A DNA stretch of 64,000 bases from Bacteroidales bacterium (GTDB lineage Bacteria; Bacteroidota; Bacteroidia; Bacteroidales; UBA3824). Position 1 is the stretch's first letter. Each line of letters opens with the position of its first letter. The notes under the pieces are model-generated. The model was not told where the DNA came from. It searched no databases and saw only the letters and a program-made list of their open reading frames with translations. This document shows positions 1 to 8,661 of this stretch, piece after piece. The stretch spans positions 43 to 64,042 of the forward strand of contig JAKSLV010000002.1 of the NCBI GenBank assembly GCA_024401025.1, in the 5' to 3' direction. The translations under genes and the position numbers were made by a program.

Positions 1-95
1 GCCTGGCCGCCGAGATCTCGGAGCTTTTCGCCCAAAGCCACCTTCAGGAAGAAAACATCCGCAAACAGTTGGCTAGTATTGGTATTAATATTTAA
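1..95 (+). CDS. 3' end of an upstream gene cut by the window edge; by context the type I R-M methyltransferase subunit (HsdM)
   Basis: Frame is open from the window edge (codons from nt 3: LAAEISELFAQSHLQEENIRKQLASIGINI*). Stop TAA 93-95 overlaps the hsdS ATG (TAATG). Identity rests on the usual hsdM-hsdS order only; the fragment is too short to recognise by sequence. Confidence 0.45.
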   Translation, partial: LAAEISELFAQSHLQEENIRKQLASIGINI

Positions 96-1258
96 TGGAG
101 GAGGAAGAACGTATGGAATGGAAAGAAGTAAGGCTAGGAGAGGTCTGTTCTAATTCTTGTAGTGGTGGCACTCCGAAGAGTACTGTTGAAGACTACTATG
201 GAGGTGAAATACCATGGTTGAACACAAAAGAGATTGATTTTAATCGAATATATAAAACAGAAAAATATATTACAGATTTAGGATTGCGAAATTCTTCTGC
301 AAAATGGATCAAGGAAAATTGTGTCATAATTGCAATGTATGGTGCAACTGCAGCAAAAGTCGCAATTAATAAGATACCTTTGACGACTAATCAAGCTTGT
401 TGTAACCTTGAAATCAATTCGAAATTAGCTGATTACAACTATGTGTATTATGCTATTAAAAATGATTTTACTAAATTAGCATCTTTAGCTAATGGAGGTG
501 CACAGCAAAACCTTAATTCTCAACTTATTAAAGATTACGAAATTCATCTTCCACCTCTTGACACCCAGCGAAAAATTTCGTCGGTTCTTTCGTCATTGGA
601 TGATAAAATCGAAACGAACAACAAGCTGAATTCTAAATTGGAGGAAATGGCACAGGCAATTTTCAAGGAATGGTTTGTAGATTTCGGCCCATTTAAAAAC
701 GGCAAAATGGTAGAAAGCGAAATGGGCTTGATACCAGAAGGCTGGAAGGTGGGAAAGTTGGGAGAAATATGTACATTTAAGAGAGGGAAAGTAATTGTTG
801 CAAAAAATGCAATACCTGGCGATATACCTGTTGTTGCTGGTGGAATGGAACCTGCTTATTATCATAACGAAGCCAACACAAAAGCACCAGTTGTAACCAT
901 TAGCAATTCTGGTGCTAATGCAGGTTTTATGCGAATGTATCATTCTGATATATGGGCTTCTGATTGTTCTTTTATTGACAAAGAATGCCACAATATTTAT
1001 TTTGTATATTGTTTTCTTTCAATAAATAGCCGATTATTGCGTCATGCTCAAACAGGTGCTGTTCAGCCACATGTTAAGCCATCTGATGTTAATAATTTCG
1101 ATATGATATTACCACCTCAAAATATTATTGAAGAATTTCAAACAATAATCAAACCTATAATAACACAGATTGGTTTTAACATAAAAGAGTCCCAGCGATT
1201 GTCTACCTTACGAGACAGTCTGTTGCCGAAATTGATGAAAGGAGAGATCGAAATTTGA
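95..1258 (+). CDS. hsdS: Type I restriction-modification specificity subunit HsdS
   Basis: 387-aa ORF with two variable halves, each followed by an HsdS-type conserved helical spacer (LPPLDTQRKISSVLSSLDDKIETNNKLNSKLEEMAQAIFKEWF and LPPQNIIEEF...SQRLSTLRDSLLPKLMKGEI). Lies between the M tail and hsdR. Confidence 0.85.
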   Translation: MEEEERMEWKEVRLGEVCSNSCSGGTPKSTVEDYYGGEIPWLNTKEIDFNRIYKTEKYITDLGLRNSSAKWIKENCVIIAMYGATAAKVAINKIPLTTNQACCNLEINSKLADYNYVYYAIKNDFTKLASLANGGAQQNLNSQLIKDYEIHLPPLDTQRKISSVLSSLDDKIETNNKLNSKLEEMAQAIFKEWFVDFGPFKNGKMVESEMGLIPEGWKVGKLGEICTFKRGKVIVAKNAIPGDIPVVAGGMEPAYYHNEANTKAPVVTISNSGANAGFMRMYHSDIWASDCSFIDKECHNIYFVYCFLSINSRLLRHAQTGAVQPHVKPSDVNNFDMILPPQNIIEEFQTIIKPIITQIGFNIKESQRLSTLRDSLLPKLMKGEIEI

Positions 1259-1268
1259 AAAAAAAGAA

Positions 1269-1301
1269 AGCTCACTAATCAAAATTAGTGGGCTTTTTTT
1301 A
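1269..1301 (+). terminator. Rho-independent terminator after hsdS
   Basis: AGCTCACTAAT-caaa-ATTAGTGGGCT: an 11-bp stem with one G-U pair, followed by TTTTTTT, 10 nt after the hsdS stop. Confidence 0.6.
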
Positions 1302-1318
1302 TTTTCCTGCCAATAATT

Positions 1319-1349
1319 TTTGTGTTGGGCTTTGGAATTATTATATTTG
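1319..1349 (+). promoter_or_regulatory. Bacteroidetes-type promoter (-33 TTTG / -7 TAnnTTTG) for the ATPase-Toprim-hsdR unit
   Basis: TTTG at 1319-1322, a 19-nt spacer, then TATATTTG at 1342-1349. The ATG at 1388 lies about 39 nt downstream. Confidence 0.5.
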
Positions 1350-1387
1350 CGTGGGCAATAATCGACAAAACAGAAATTGGCAAAAAG

Positions 1388-2524
1388 ATGAAGATTACAC
1401 GATTTGTAGGAAAGGGCATCCATGGATACCTTGACTTCGACATAAATTTCAATGAGGATTTAAATTTCCTGATCGGCGTCAATGGCAGTGGCAAGACTAC
1501 TGTCATCAGACTGCTGAGAGGATTGTTGTGTGGTGCAGAAAAGGATTTAAATGATATTGACTATTCTGAGATTCGTGCTTATATCGATGGTGTGGATAGT
1601 GTGGAGTACGTGGAATCAACAAAGAATAACGGACAAGTTATCACTTTGCCGCAAGACATTAATCCCATTATTATAGGAACCGAAAGAATACTACAAACCT
1701 ATACTAAAGCAAGCACATCTTCCATAGAATTAGCACTTAAAGAGGTTCAGGAGAATCTTTATGTAATAATAAGGCATAATTCAGCCAAATTGGAGGAATA
1801 TGGCAATGACTTCAGGAAGGCGGCATTCAATCTTTCGTTCTCAATGACCGATATACAAGAAAGTAACGAAACCAATAATGAAGAAGATTTGCTTATGTTG
1901 AAAAAATATAGCAAACTACTTCAAGAAGACCGCATAAAGATTTTTCTGGGAGAAGACGCATATAGAGGCACAGAGGATGTTTTAAAAACTGCAAATGAAA
2001 TCCAAAATGATTTATCATCATGGCCGCCAAATTGTATTAGTGAAAAATATAAAAATTTGGCGGAAAGATGGGATAATATAAAGAAAAAGATAAACCGTGT
2101 TTACCAAACAATAGATTTAGCTGACAAATACTCAAAACTGATAAGCGAGCTGAAAGCACCAATCACAAGATTCACAAACAGCATAAATCTCTTTTTCAAG
2201 GAGACAGAAAAATGTATCAAGGTTTCTGATGCCGGCGATATTACAGTACACATAGAAGGTTCCGAAAAGACAAACTCAATATTTGAACTTTCGTCGGGCG
2301 AGCAACAGCTCATCATCCTTATTGGACATCTTGCCTTCAAGAAATCAGACGTCTATATAATCGATGAGCCAGAGTTGTCCCTTCATCTTGCATGGCAATA
2401 TAGTTTTGTGGATGCATTGCAGGAGGCCAATCCCGATGCTCAGTACATACTCGCAACCCATGCTTCAGGCATCATCGCCAAGAAGTCGAGAGAAGAAAAG
2501 TGCATTGATCTAACAAGGAGGTAA
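1388..2524 (+). CDS. ABC/AAA-type ATPase with a helical insertion (OLD/AriA/AbiLi-like defence ATPase)
   Basis: Walker A GVNGSGKTT, ABC signature LSSGEQQ, Walker B VYIIDEPELSLH, H-loop LATHA, with a roughly 190-aa charged helical insert between the N and C lobes. Start set at ATG 1388 (MKITRF), downstream of the promoter; the ORF track begins at GTG 1322. Confidence 0.75.
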   Translation: MKITRFVGKGIHGYLDFDINFNEDLNFLIGVNGSGKTTVIRLLRGLLCGAEKDLNDIDYSEIRAYIDGVDSVEYVESTKNNGQVITLPQDINPIIIGTERILQTYTKASTSSIELALKEVQENLYVIIRHNSAKLEEYGNDFRKAAFNLSFSMTDIQESNETNNEEDLLMLKKYSKLLQEDRIKIFLGEDAYRGTEDVLKTANEIQNDLSSWPPNCISEKYKNLAERWDNIKKKINRVYQTIDLADKYSKLISELKAPITRFTNSINLFFKETEKCIKVSDAGDITVHIEGSEKTNSIFELSSGEQQLIILIGHLAFKKSDVYIIDEPELSLHLAWQYSFVDALQEANPDAQYILATHASGIIAKKSREEKCIDLTRR

Positions 2525-2526
2525 AC

Positions 2527-3390
2527 ATGACCAATATTTCTCCAATCAATGTGCCTCTTGATGTAAGGCAAACTGATTCGATATTTCTCAGATACCGAAA
2601 CGACATAGATATCTATACCGAGGACAAGGAGGCCGACAAGGAATTCTACGTAAAGCTATACAGCAGACTCCTGGCAGGCACTTCCATAAAAGTCAATGAT
2701 ATTCATCCGCTTGGATGCAAGGACGATGTGATAAAAGCCTGCAAGGCAGATAATTCCCGACGTCCCAAAATCTATGTGGTGGATGGCGACATAGATTTGC
2801 TTTTCAGGCAATATCCTCATATGGATAACCTATACAGACTGGATGCGTATTGCATCGAAAACTATGTTGTCTGCAAGCAATCGGTGGTGGATGTGGCATA
2901 CGACCTTATCGGTACCAAACCGAAAAAGGAATATGAGGAGCTGGTGGATTTCGACAACAGGACAAAATCACTGCTTCCGCTCATTAACCTTTTCTTCTGG
3001 TATTCCATTCACAAGGAGCACACCAATATCAATTGCAAGATAAGGAATGTGGCGAGCTACTTGAACGGAGAAAGTCTTGACCCAGCGAAAGTGACCGCCG
3101 AGATAGAATCCATAAAGAAAGGCCTGTTAAGCAAAAACATCTGCGACACAGCCAAGATTGAGGAATTGCTGAACAAGCGGAAATCTCAATTCAACTATTC
3201 GGCAGAAACATTGATGAAAGTGGTTTCTGGAAAAGATTTGATAGTTCCATTCTGGGCCATTATCATAAACAAATTGTCGGATAGTCAAGTAAAACTGAAA
3301 AGGGAAACCTGGAAGTTCAAACTGGTAGACTCATGCGATCTATCAAGGCTTTCCGGATTACGACAGGCTATTGTAACCGCTTGTAGATAA
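2527..3390 (+). CDS. DUF4435/Toprim-like protein (AriB- or RloB-like putative nuclease effector)
   Basis: 287 aa, starting 2 nt after the ATPase stop. Acidic Toprim-like motifs: IYTE32DKEADKEFY, PLGCKDDV, IYVVD86GD88ID90LL, YCIENY. Family call is by eye from motif order, not from an HMM. Confidence 0.6.
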   Translation: MTNISPINVPLDVRQTDSIFLRYRNDIDIYTEDKEADKEFYVKLYSRLLAGTSIKVNDIHPLGCKDDVIKACKADNSRRPKIYVVDGDIDLLFRQYPHMDNLYRLDAYCIENYVVCKQSVVDVAYDLIGTKPKKEYEELVDFDNRTKSLLPLINLFFWYSIHKEHTNINCKIRNVASYLNGESLDPAKVTAEIESIKKGLLSKNICDTAKIEELLNKRKSQFNYSAETLMKVVSGKDLIVPFWAIIINKLSDSQVKLKRETWKFKLVDSCDLSRLSGLRQAIVTACR

Positions 3391-3410
3391 AAACATTACA
3401 CAAAATACCA

Positions 3411-6400
3411 ATGCCTATAAAATTCACCGAGAACTCGTTTGAGAATGTGGTAATCGAGATGTTTCAGAATCTTGGTTACGATTATCTCTGCGGCTACGAT
3501 ATAGATCGCGACCGCAGACGGGCTTACTATGCCGAAGCCTTGGAATCGTCGCTGCGCCGCATCAACAAGGGCCTCGGCGATCTGGCCATCAAGCAGCTTA
3601 TGGAGCGTGTAAGGTACATCGACGGCGCCAACCTACTACAGCGCAACGAGATATTCATGGATATGCTCCAGAACGGAGTCTCTGTGGAAGACCTCCATAG
3701 CGGAGAATACCGCACCGTGGTGGCCCGTCTGGTGGATTTCGATGATATAGACAACAACACATTCCATGTAATCAACCAGTGGACGGTGGAGGAACACTCC
3801 AACAAGCGTCCAGACATTGTGATATTCATAAACGGACTTCCGCTCGTGGTGATAGAGCTGAAGTCGCCCACCAGCGAGCAAGTAAAGCTGGAGGACGCCT
3901 ACAATCAGATAAAGAACTATCAGAAAGAGATACCGTCGCTATTCAGCTACAACTGCTTCAATGTGATAAGCAACATGGCAGAAACGCGTGCCGGCACCAT
4001 AACATCCAGTCTGGAGCGATACATGCAGTGGAAAACCGAGGACGGCATAGTGGAATCGCAGTCCAGCGTGGATTACGGCACATTCTTCAGGGGCATTTTC
4101 CCCAAGGCGCGTCTTCTCGACATCATCAGAAACTTCATCTGTTTCAATAAGGACGAGGACAAGACCTACAAGATACTGGCCGGCTATCACCAGTATTTCG
4201 CCGTCCGCAAGTCGCTGGAGCGCACCAAGGCGGCCATAGACAACGACGGCAAGATTGGAGTATTCTGGCACACTCAGGGCTCCGGCAAGAGCCTCTCGAT
4301 GGTTTTCTTTGCCCATCTGCTGGTTCGCCATTTCGCCGAGACCACCATTGTGGTGGTTACCGACCGCAAGGATCTCGACGGCCAGCTCTACGGACAGTTT
4401 GCCCGTTGCAAGGATTTTATACGCATGGCGCCCCAGAATGCGCAGAGCCGTCAGGAACTTATAAGCCTGCTGAAAGACAGGAAATCGGGCGGAATAATAT
4501 TCACCACCATTCAGAAATTCGAGGAATCAGACGAGCCATTGTCGCTCCGCAAAAACATAATAGTAATCACCGACGAGGCCCACCGCTCGCAATACGGCGA
4601 CGAGAGGTTTGATGTAAAGACCCAGACCACACGCAAGGGCATGGCCCTCAAGATGAGGGAGGCACTTCCCAACGCCAGCTTCATAGGATTCACCGGCACG
4701 CCGATATCCTCGCGCGACAAGAGCACGATAGAGGTTTTCGGCGACTACATAGATATCTACGACATGACCCAGGCCGTGGACGATGGCGCCACACGTCCCG
4801 TATATTACGAGAGCCGTGTGGTGAAACTGAATCTCGACAAGGATATAGTGGATCAGCTGGATGCCGAATTCGACCAGCTTTTGGATCTCGGCGATACACC
4901 CGAGCAGGTGGAGCGCGCCAAGCGTGACGTGTCGCGCCTGGAGGATGTGCTTTGCGCTGATGAAACCATAACATCGCTGGTATCAGACATAATAGAACAT
5001 TACGAGAACAACCGTGCCCAGGAGCTGACCGGCAAAGCAATGATAGTGGCCCTTACAAGAAAGGTAGGCATCAGGATTTATCAGAAAATGCTGGAGCTGA
5101 GGCCCGAGTGGAAAGGCAAGGTGGAGGTGGTGATGACATCATCTAACAAGGATCCCGAGGAGTGGCAGCAGATAATTGGCAACGAGAGCAACAGGAAAAT
5201 GCTGGCCAAGCGTTTCAAGGACGATGCCGACCCAATGAAGATAGCCATCGTAAGGGATATGTGGCTTACGGGATTTGATGTGCCCAGCCTGGCCACTATG
5301 TACGTTTTCAAGGCCATGAGCGGACACAACCTGATGCAGGCCATAGCACGTGTAAACAGGGTTTTCCCCGGCAAGGAGGGTGGTCTGATAGTGGACTACA
5401 TAGGCATAGCCCAGGCGCTGAAGGCCGCCATGCGCGACTACACACAGCGCGACCAGCAGCAGTTTGGCGATCCCAACATTGCCAAGACAGCCTACAACAA
5501 GTTTCTGACCGAGCTCGACATCTGCCGCGACCAGATCTACGGTTTCAATTATCAGAAATTCATCAGCGGAACCGACAGCGACAAGGCCAAGGTACTCACC
5601 ATGGGCACCGACTATATGCTGGACAACAATATGGAGCAGAAGCGCAAGGATTTCATGGAACATTCTCAGCTGCTGCACAATTCAGTTACGCTATGCCGTT
5701 CGCTACTGAGCAGGGAGCAGAAGCTGGAGGCTACATTCTTTGATGCCGTGAGGGTGATGATACTGCACATCAGCCAGTCGCAAAACCGCATCAGAAAAAA
5801 GGAGATCAACGACCGCATCAGTCAATTGCTTCAGCAGAGCGTGAAATCCGATGGCGTGATAAATCTTTTCAGCGACATCAAGCACGAGTTCTCTCTCTTC
5901 GACGAGAAATTCATGGACGAGCTCCACAAGATGAAAACCAAGAACATTGCCCTCGAGCTCCTGAAAAAACTCCTCAAGGACAAGATACAGCAGTTCCGCA
6001 GGGTGAATGTAGTGCAGAGCGAGAAATTCTCCACACTGCTTCAGCAATGCATCAACGGCTATGTGAACGGCCTGATTACCAGCAAGGAGGCTTTGGAAGA
6101 GCTCTTCAATCTTGTAAACGACATCAAGACCCAGCGCGACAAGGGCAACGACCTCGGCCTCAACGACGAGGAAAAAGCCTTCTACGATGCCTTGTCGAAA
6201 CCCGAGATAGCACGCCAGGCCTATACCGACGAACAGTTCATCGCCCTTACCCGCGAGCTTACCGAATGTCTGCGACGAAACCGCACCATCGACTGGAACC
6301 ACAAGGAAAGCGCCCGTGCTCAGATGAGGGTGATGATAAAACGCCTCCTAAAAAAATACAAATATCCGCCCGAGGGATGCGACGAGGCTCTAAATACAGT

Positions 6401-6515
6401 AATGGCACAGTGCGACAACTGGGCCGACAATCTAGACAACTTCCAGACCAGCGATTTCGAAACCGAAAACACAGAATACAAAATGGCCGCCGAAGACGAG
6501 ACGGATTTCAAATAA
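3411..6515 (+). CDS. hsdR: Type I restriction endonuclease subunit HsdR
   Basis: 1034 aa. N-terminal nuclease region (RPDIVIFINGLPLVVIELK), helicase motif I TQGSGKS, DEAH box ITDEAHRSQ, motif GFTGTP, and a C-terminal helical domain typical of HsdR. Confidence 0.92.
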   Translation: MPIKFTENSFENVVIEMFQNLGYDYLCGYDIDRDRRRAYYAEALESSLRRINKGLGDLAIKQLMERVRYIDGANLLQRNEIFMDMLQNGVSVEDLHSGEYRTVVARLVDFDDIDNNTFHVINQWTVEEHSNKRPDIVIFINGLPLVVIELKSPTSEQVKLEDAYNQIKNYQKEIPSLFSYNCFNVISNMAETRAGTITSSLERYMQWKTEDGIVESQSSVDYGTFFRGIFPKARLLDIIRNFICFNKDEDKTYKILAGYHQYFAVRKSLERTKAAIDNDGKIGVFWHTQGSGKSLSMVFFAHLLVRHFAETTIVVVTDRKDLDGQLYGQFARCKDFIRMAPQNAQSRQELISLLKDRKSGGIIFTTIQKFEESDEPLSLRKNIIVITDEAHRSQYGDERFDVKTQTTRKGMALKMREALPNASFIGFTGTPISSRDKSTIEVFGDYIDIYDMTQAVDDGATRPVYYESRVVKLNLDKDIVDQLDAEFDQLLDLGDTPEQVERAKRDVSRLEDVLCADETITSLVSDIIEHYENNRAQELTGKAMIVALTRKVGIRIYQKMLELRPEWKGKVEVVMTSSNKDPEEWQQIIGNESNRKMLAKRFKDDADPMKIAIVRDMWLTGFDVPSLATMYVFKAMSGHNLMQAIARVNRVFPGKEGGLIVDYIGIAQALKAAMRDYTQRDQQQFGDPNIAKTAYNKFLTELDICRDQIYGFNYQKFISGTDSDKAKVLTMGTDYMLDNNMEQKRKDFMEHSQLLHNSVTLCRSLLSREQKLEATFFDAVRVMILHISQSQNRIRKKEINDRISQLLQQSVKSDGVINLFSDIKHEFSLFDEKFMDELHKMKTKNIALELLKKLLKDKIQQFRRVNVVQSEKFSTLLQQCINGYVNGLITSKEALEELFNLVNDIKTQRDKGNDLGLNDEEKAFYDALSKPEIARQAYTDEQFIALTRELTECLRRNRTIDWNHKESARAQMRVMIKRLLKKYKYPPEGCDEALNTVMAQCDNWADNLDNFQTSDFETENTEYKMAAEDETDFK

Positions 6516-6551
6516 AAAATGCGCTCTGCAACATTGCAGGGCGCATTTTTT
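6515..6551. terminator. Bidirectional terminator hairpin between convergent hsdR and serS
   Basis: AAAAAATGCGCTCTGCA-acat-TGCAGGGCGCATTTTTT: a 13-bp stem with one G-U pair, an A-run on one side and a T-run on the other. Confidence 0.6.
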
Positions 6552-6577
6552 AATATAATGATTTGGAACAATATCCA

Positions 6578-7891
6578 CTACTCCTCCTCGGAAGCGGCTG
6601 GCTGGAGATCATCACCGCCGATGTAGTCGAAACCGGTGTACTTGCGGAGCACCTCTGGAATCTCGATACGGTCGGCCTTCTGATAGTTCTCGAGGATGGA
6701 AGCCACGATACGTGGAAGAGCAAGACCCGATCCGTTGAGAGTGTGGCAGAGAGTTGTGTTCTTCTTGCCATCCTCCTTGAAACGGAGCTTGAGTCTGTTG
6801 GCCTGGAACGACTCGAAGTTAGATACCGAGCTTACCTCGAGCCACTTGCCCTGGGCAGCGCACCATACCTCGAAATCGTAGGTCATAGCTGATGTAAAGC
6901 TCATATCGCCACCGCAGAGACGGATGATTCTGTATGGCAGGCCGAGCTTCTTTACGAGGCCCTCCACATGGAGAACCATAATCTCGAGAGCCTTGTAGCT
7001 CTTCTCGGGATGAACAATCTGCACAAGCTCCACCTTGTCGAACTCGTGGAGACGGTTGAGGCCCTTAACGTCAGAACCGTAAGAACCGGCCTCGCGGCGG
7101 AAACATGGAGTGTATGCGCAGTGCTTGATAGGCAGCTGCTTGGCATCGAGAATCTCGTCGCGGTAGATATTGGTTACAGGCACCTCGGCAGTAGGCACGA
7201 GGTAGAGATTATCGAGAGTGCAGTGGTACATCTGGCCCTCCTTGTCGGGAAGCTGGCCAGTGCCGAATCCTGAAGCCTCGTTTACGAGTACAGGAGGCTC
7301 CACCTCCATGTAGCCAGACTTGGCAGCCTCGTCGAGGAAGAAGTTGATGAGGGCTCTCTGAAGCTTGGCACCCTTGCCCTTGTAGAGAGGGAAACCAGCA
7401 CCGGTAATCTTAACGCCGGTAGCAAAATCGATGATATCGTATTTCTTGGCGAGGTCCCAGTGAGGCATAGGCTGAATACCCTCGAAAGAAGGATTCTCGC
7501 CGCCGCGGCGGATCTCCACATTGTCGTCGGCCGACTTGCCAGGAGCCACAAGCTCGTATGGAAGGTTTGGAAGGAGCACGAGAATGTCGTAGAGTTCCTT
7601 GTCGATAGCCTGGAACTTGTCCTCGATTTCCTTAACAATGCCCTTAAGTTCAGTTGACCTCTGCTTGGCAGCCTCAGCCTCCTGAGGCTTACCCTGCTTG
7701 AAACATTCGCCAATCTTCTTGGCCAGGGCGTTCTGCTCGGCCTTGTTGTCCTCGAGCTGCTTCTGGATCTCGCGCTTCTGCTTGTCGAGCTCCACGATTT
7801 TCTCTACTGAGGCTCTGGCGTCGCGGTTCTTGATTGCGAGACGCTCTATGACGAACTCAGGATTGTCAACAATAGTTTTTACTAACAGCAT
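6578..7891 (-). CDS. serS: Seryl-tRNA synthetase
   Basis: N-terminal coiled-coil arm plus class II core (FRREAGSYG..., TLNGSGLALPR). Start chosen at MLLVKTIVDNPEF (ATG 7891) rather than the upstream in-frame Met. Confidence 0.92.
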   Translation of the reverse strand: MLLVKTIVDNPEFVIERLAIKNRDARASVEKIVELDKQKREIQKQLEDNKAEQNALAKKIGECFKQGKPQEAEAAKQRSTELKGIVKEIEDKFQAIDKELYDILVLLPNLPYELVAPGKSADDNVEIRRGGENPSFEGIQPMPHWDLAKKYDIIDFATGVKITGAGFPLYKGKGAKLQRALINFFLDEAAKSGYMEVEPPVLVNEASGFGTGQLPDKEGQMYHCTLDNLYLVPTAEVPVTNIYRDEILDAKQLPIKHCAYTPCFRREAGSYGSDVKGLNRLHEFDKVELVQIVHPEKSYKALEIMVLHVEGLVKKLGLPYRIIRLCGGDMSFTSAMTYDFEVWCAAQGKWLEVSSVSNFESFQANRLKLRFKEDGKKNTTLCHTLNGSGLALPRIVASILENYQKADRIEIPEVLRKYTGFDYIGGDDLQPAASEEE

Positions 7892-7929
7892 GTTATTAAG
7901 AATTTTATTTAGTTGATATATAATAAACA

Positions 7930-7979
7930 ACTCCCAAGCCGGTAATAAATCAAAAAATTTAATTAGCCAACTTGGGAGT
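7930..7979 (-). terminator. Probable terminator of the rplU-rpmA operon
   Basis: ACTCCCAAG ... CTTGGGAGT: a 9-bp stem with a long, partly paired loop, followed on the minus strand by a U-rich stretch. Lies between the rpmA stop and the serS start. Confidence 0.4.
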
Positions 7980-8007
7980 GTATAATAAATTGCCTAGTTA
8001 GAAGAGG

Positions 8008-8277
8008 TTACGCTTCCTTGGCCTCAGCAGGGATTACGTTAACGTAGCTCTTGTCCTTGCCCTTAACCTTGAACTCTACCTTGCCATCCACCAAAGCGAA
8101 AAGAGTGTGGTCTTTACCCATACCAACATTTGCTCCAGGATTGTGTGCAGTACCTCTCTGACGAACGATGATGTTACCAGCAGTAACAACCTCGCCTGCG
8201 AATTTCTTTACGCCCAAACGCTTGCTGTGTGACTCACGGCCGTTGTGTGAGCTGCCGACGCCTTTCTTATGTGCCAT
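8008..8277 (-). CDS. rpmA: 50S ribosomal protein L27
   Basis: [29 protein letters not shown]... is a canonical L27 N-terminus; 89 aa. Confidence 0.95.
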   Translation of the reverse strand: MAHKKGVGSSHNGRESHSKRLGVKKFAGEVVTAGNIIVRQRGTAHNPGANVGMGKDHTLFALVDGKVEFKVKGKDKSYVNVIPAEAKEA

Positions 8278-8349
8278 TTTCTTAAACTAATTTTGCTCTT
8301 AAAGAGATTAATTAAACAATTAAATAAAAACTACTTCACAAAACTCTTA

Positions 8350-8661
8350 TTAGAAAGCGATGTTCTCGATAAGAATCTGTGTGAGGTACTGACGGTGACC
8401 TCTCTTAACTGCGTAGCCCTTTCTGCGCTTCTTCTTGAAAACGACAACCTTGTCGTCCTTGAGATGCTTGAGGATCTTGGCAGATACCGAAGCGCCGTCT
8501 ACCTTAGGAGCGCCTACCTTTACATCACCATCGTTATCTACGAGCAATACATTGTCGAAGTTAACGCTGCTGCCCTCATCTGAGTGCAAGCGGTGAACAT
8601 AAACCTTTCTGTCTTTCTCAACCTTGAACTGTTGACCTGCGATTTCTACAATTGCGTACAT
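8350..8661 (-). CDS. rplU: 50S ribosomal protein L21
   Basis: MYAIVEIAGQQFKVEKDRKVYVHRL... is a canonical L21; 103 aa, directly upstream of rpmA. Confidence 0.95.
   Translation of the reverse strand: MYAIVEIAGQQFKVEKDRKVYVHRLHSDEGSSVNFDNVLLVDNDGDVKVGAPKVDGASVSAKILKHLKDDKVVVFKKKRRKGYAVKRGHRQYLTQILIENIAF

Noticed and set aside
1322-1387. N-terminal extensions offered by the ORF track. Affected ORFs start at 1322, 7930, 10624, 16550, 25983, 28482, 34292, 49951 and 50051.
   Set aside because: In each case an internal Met gives a canonical family N-terminus or a proper signal peptide or lipobox. The internal start also removes overlap with a promoter, a terminator or a neighbouring gene.
6578-6620. 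Unusual acidic C-terminal extension of SerRS (...GGDDLQPAASEEE)
   Set aside because: It is short and overlaps nothing. It is probably lineage-specific variation, and no independent signal was found.
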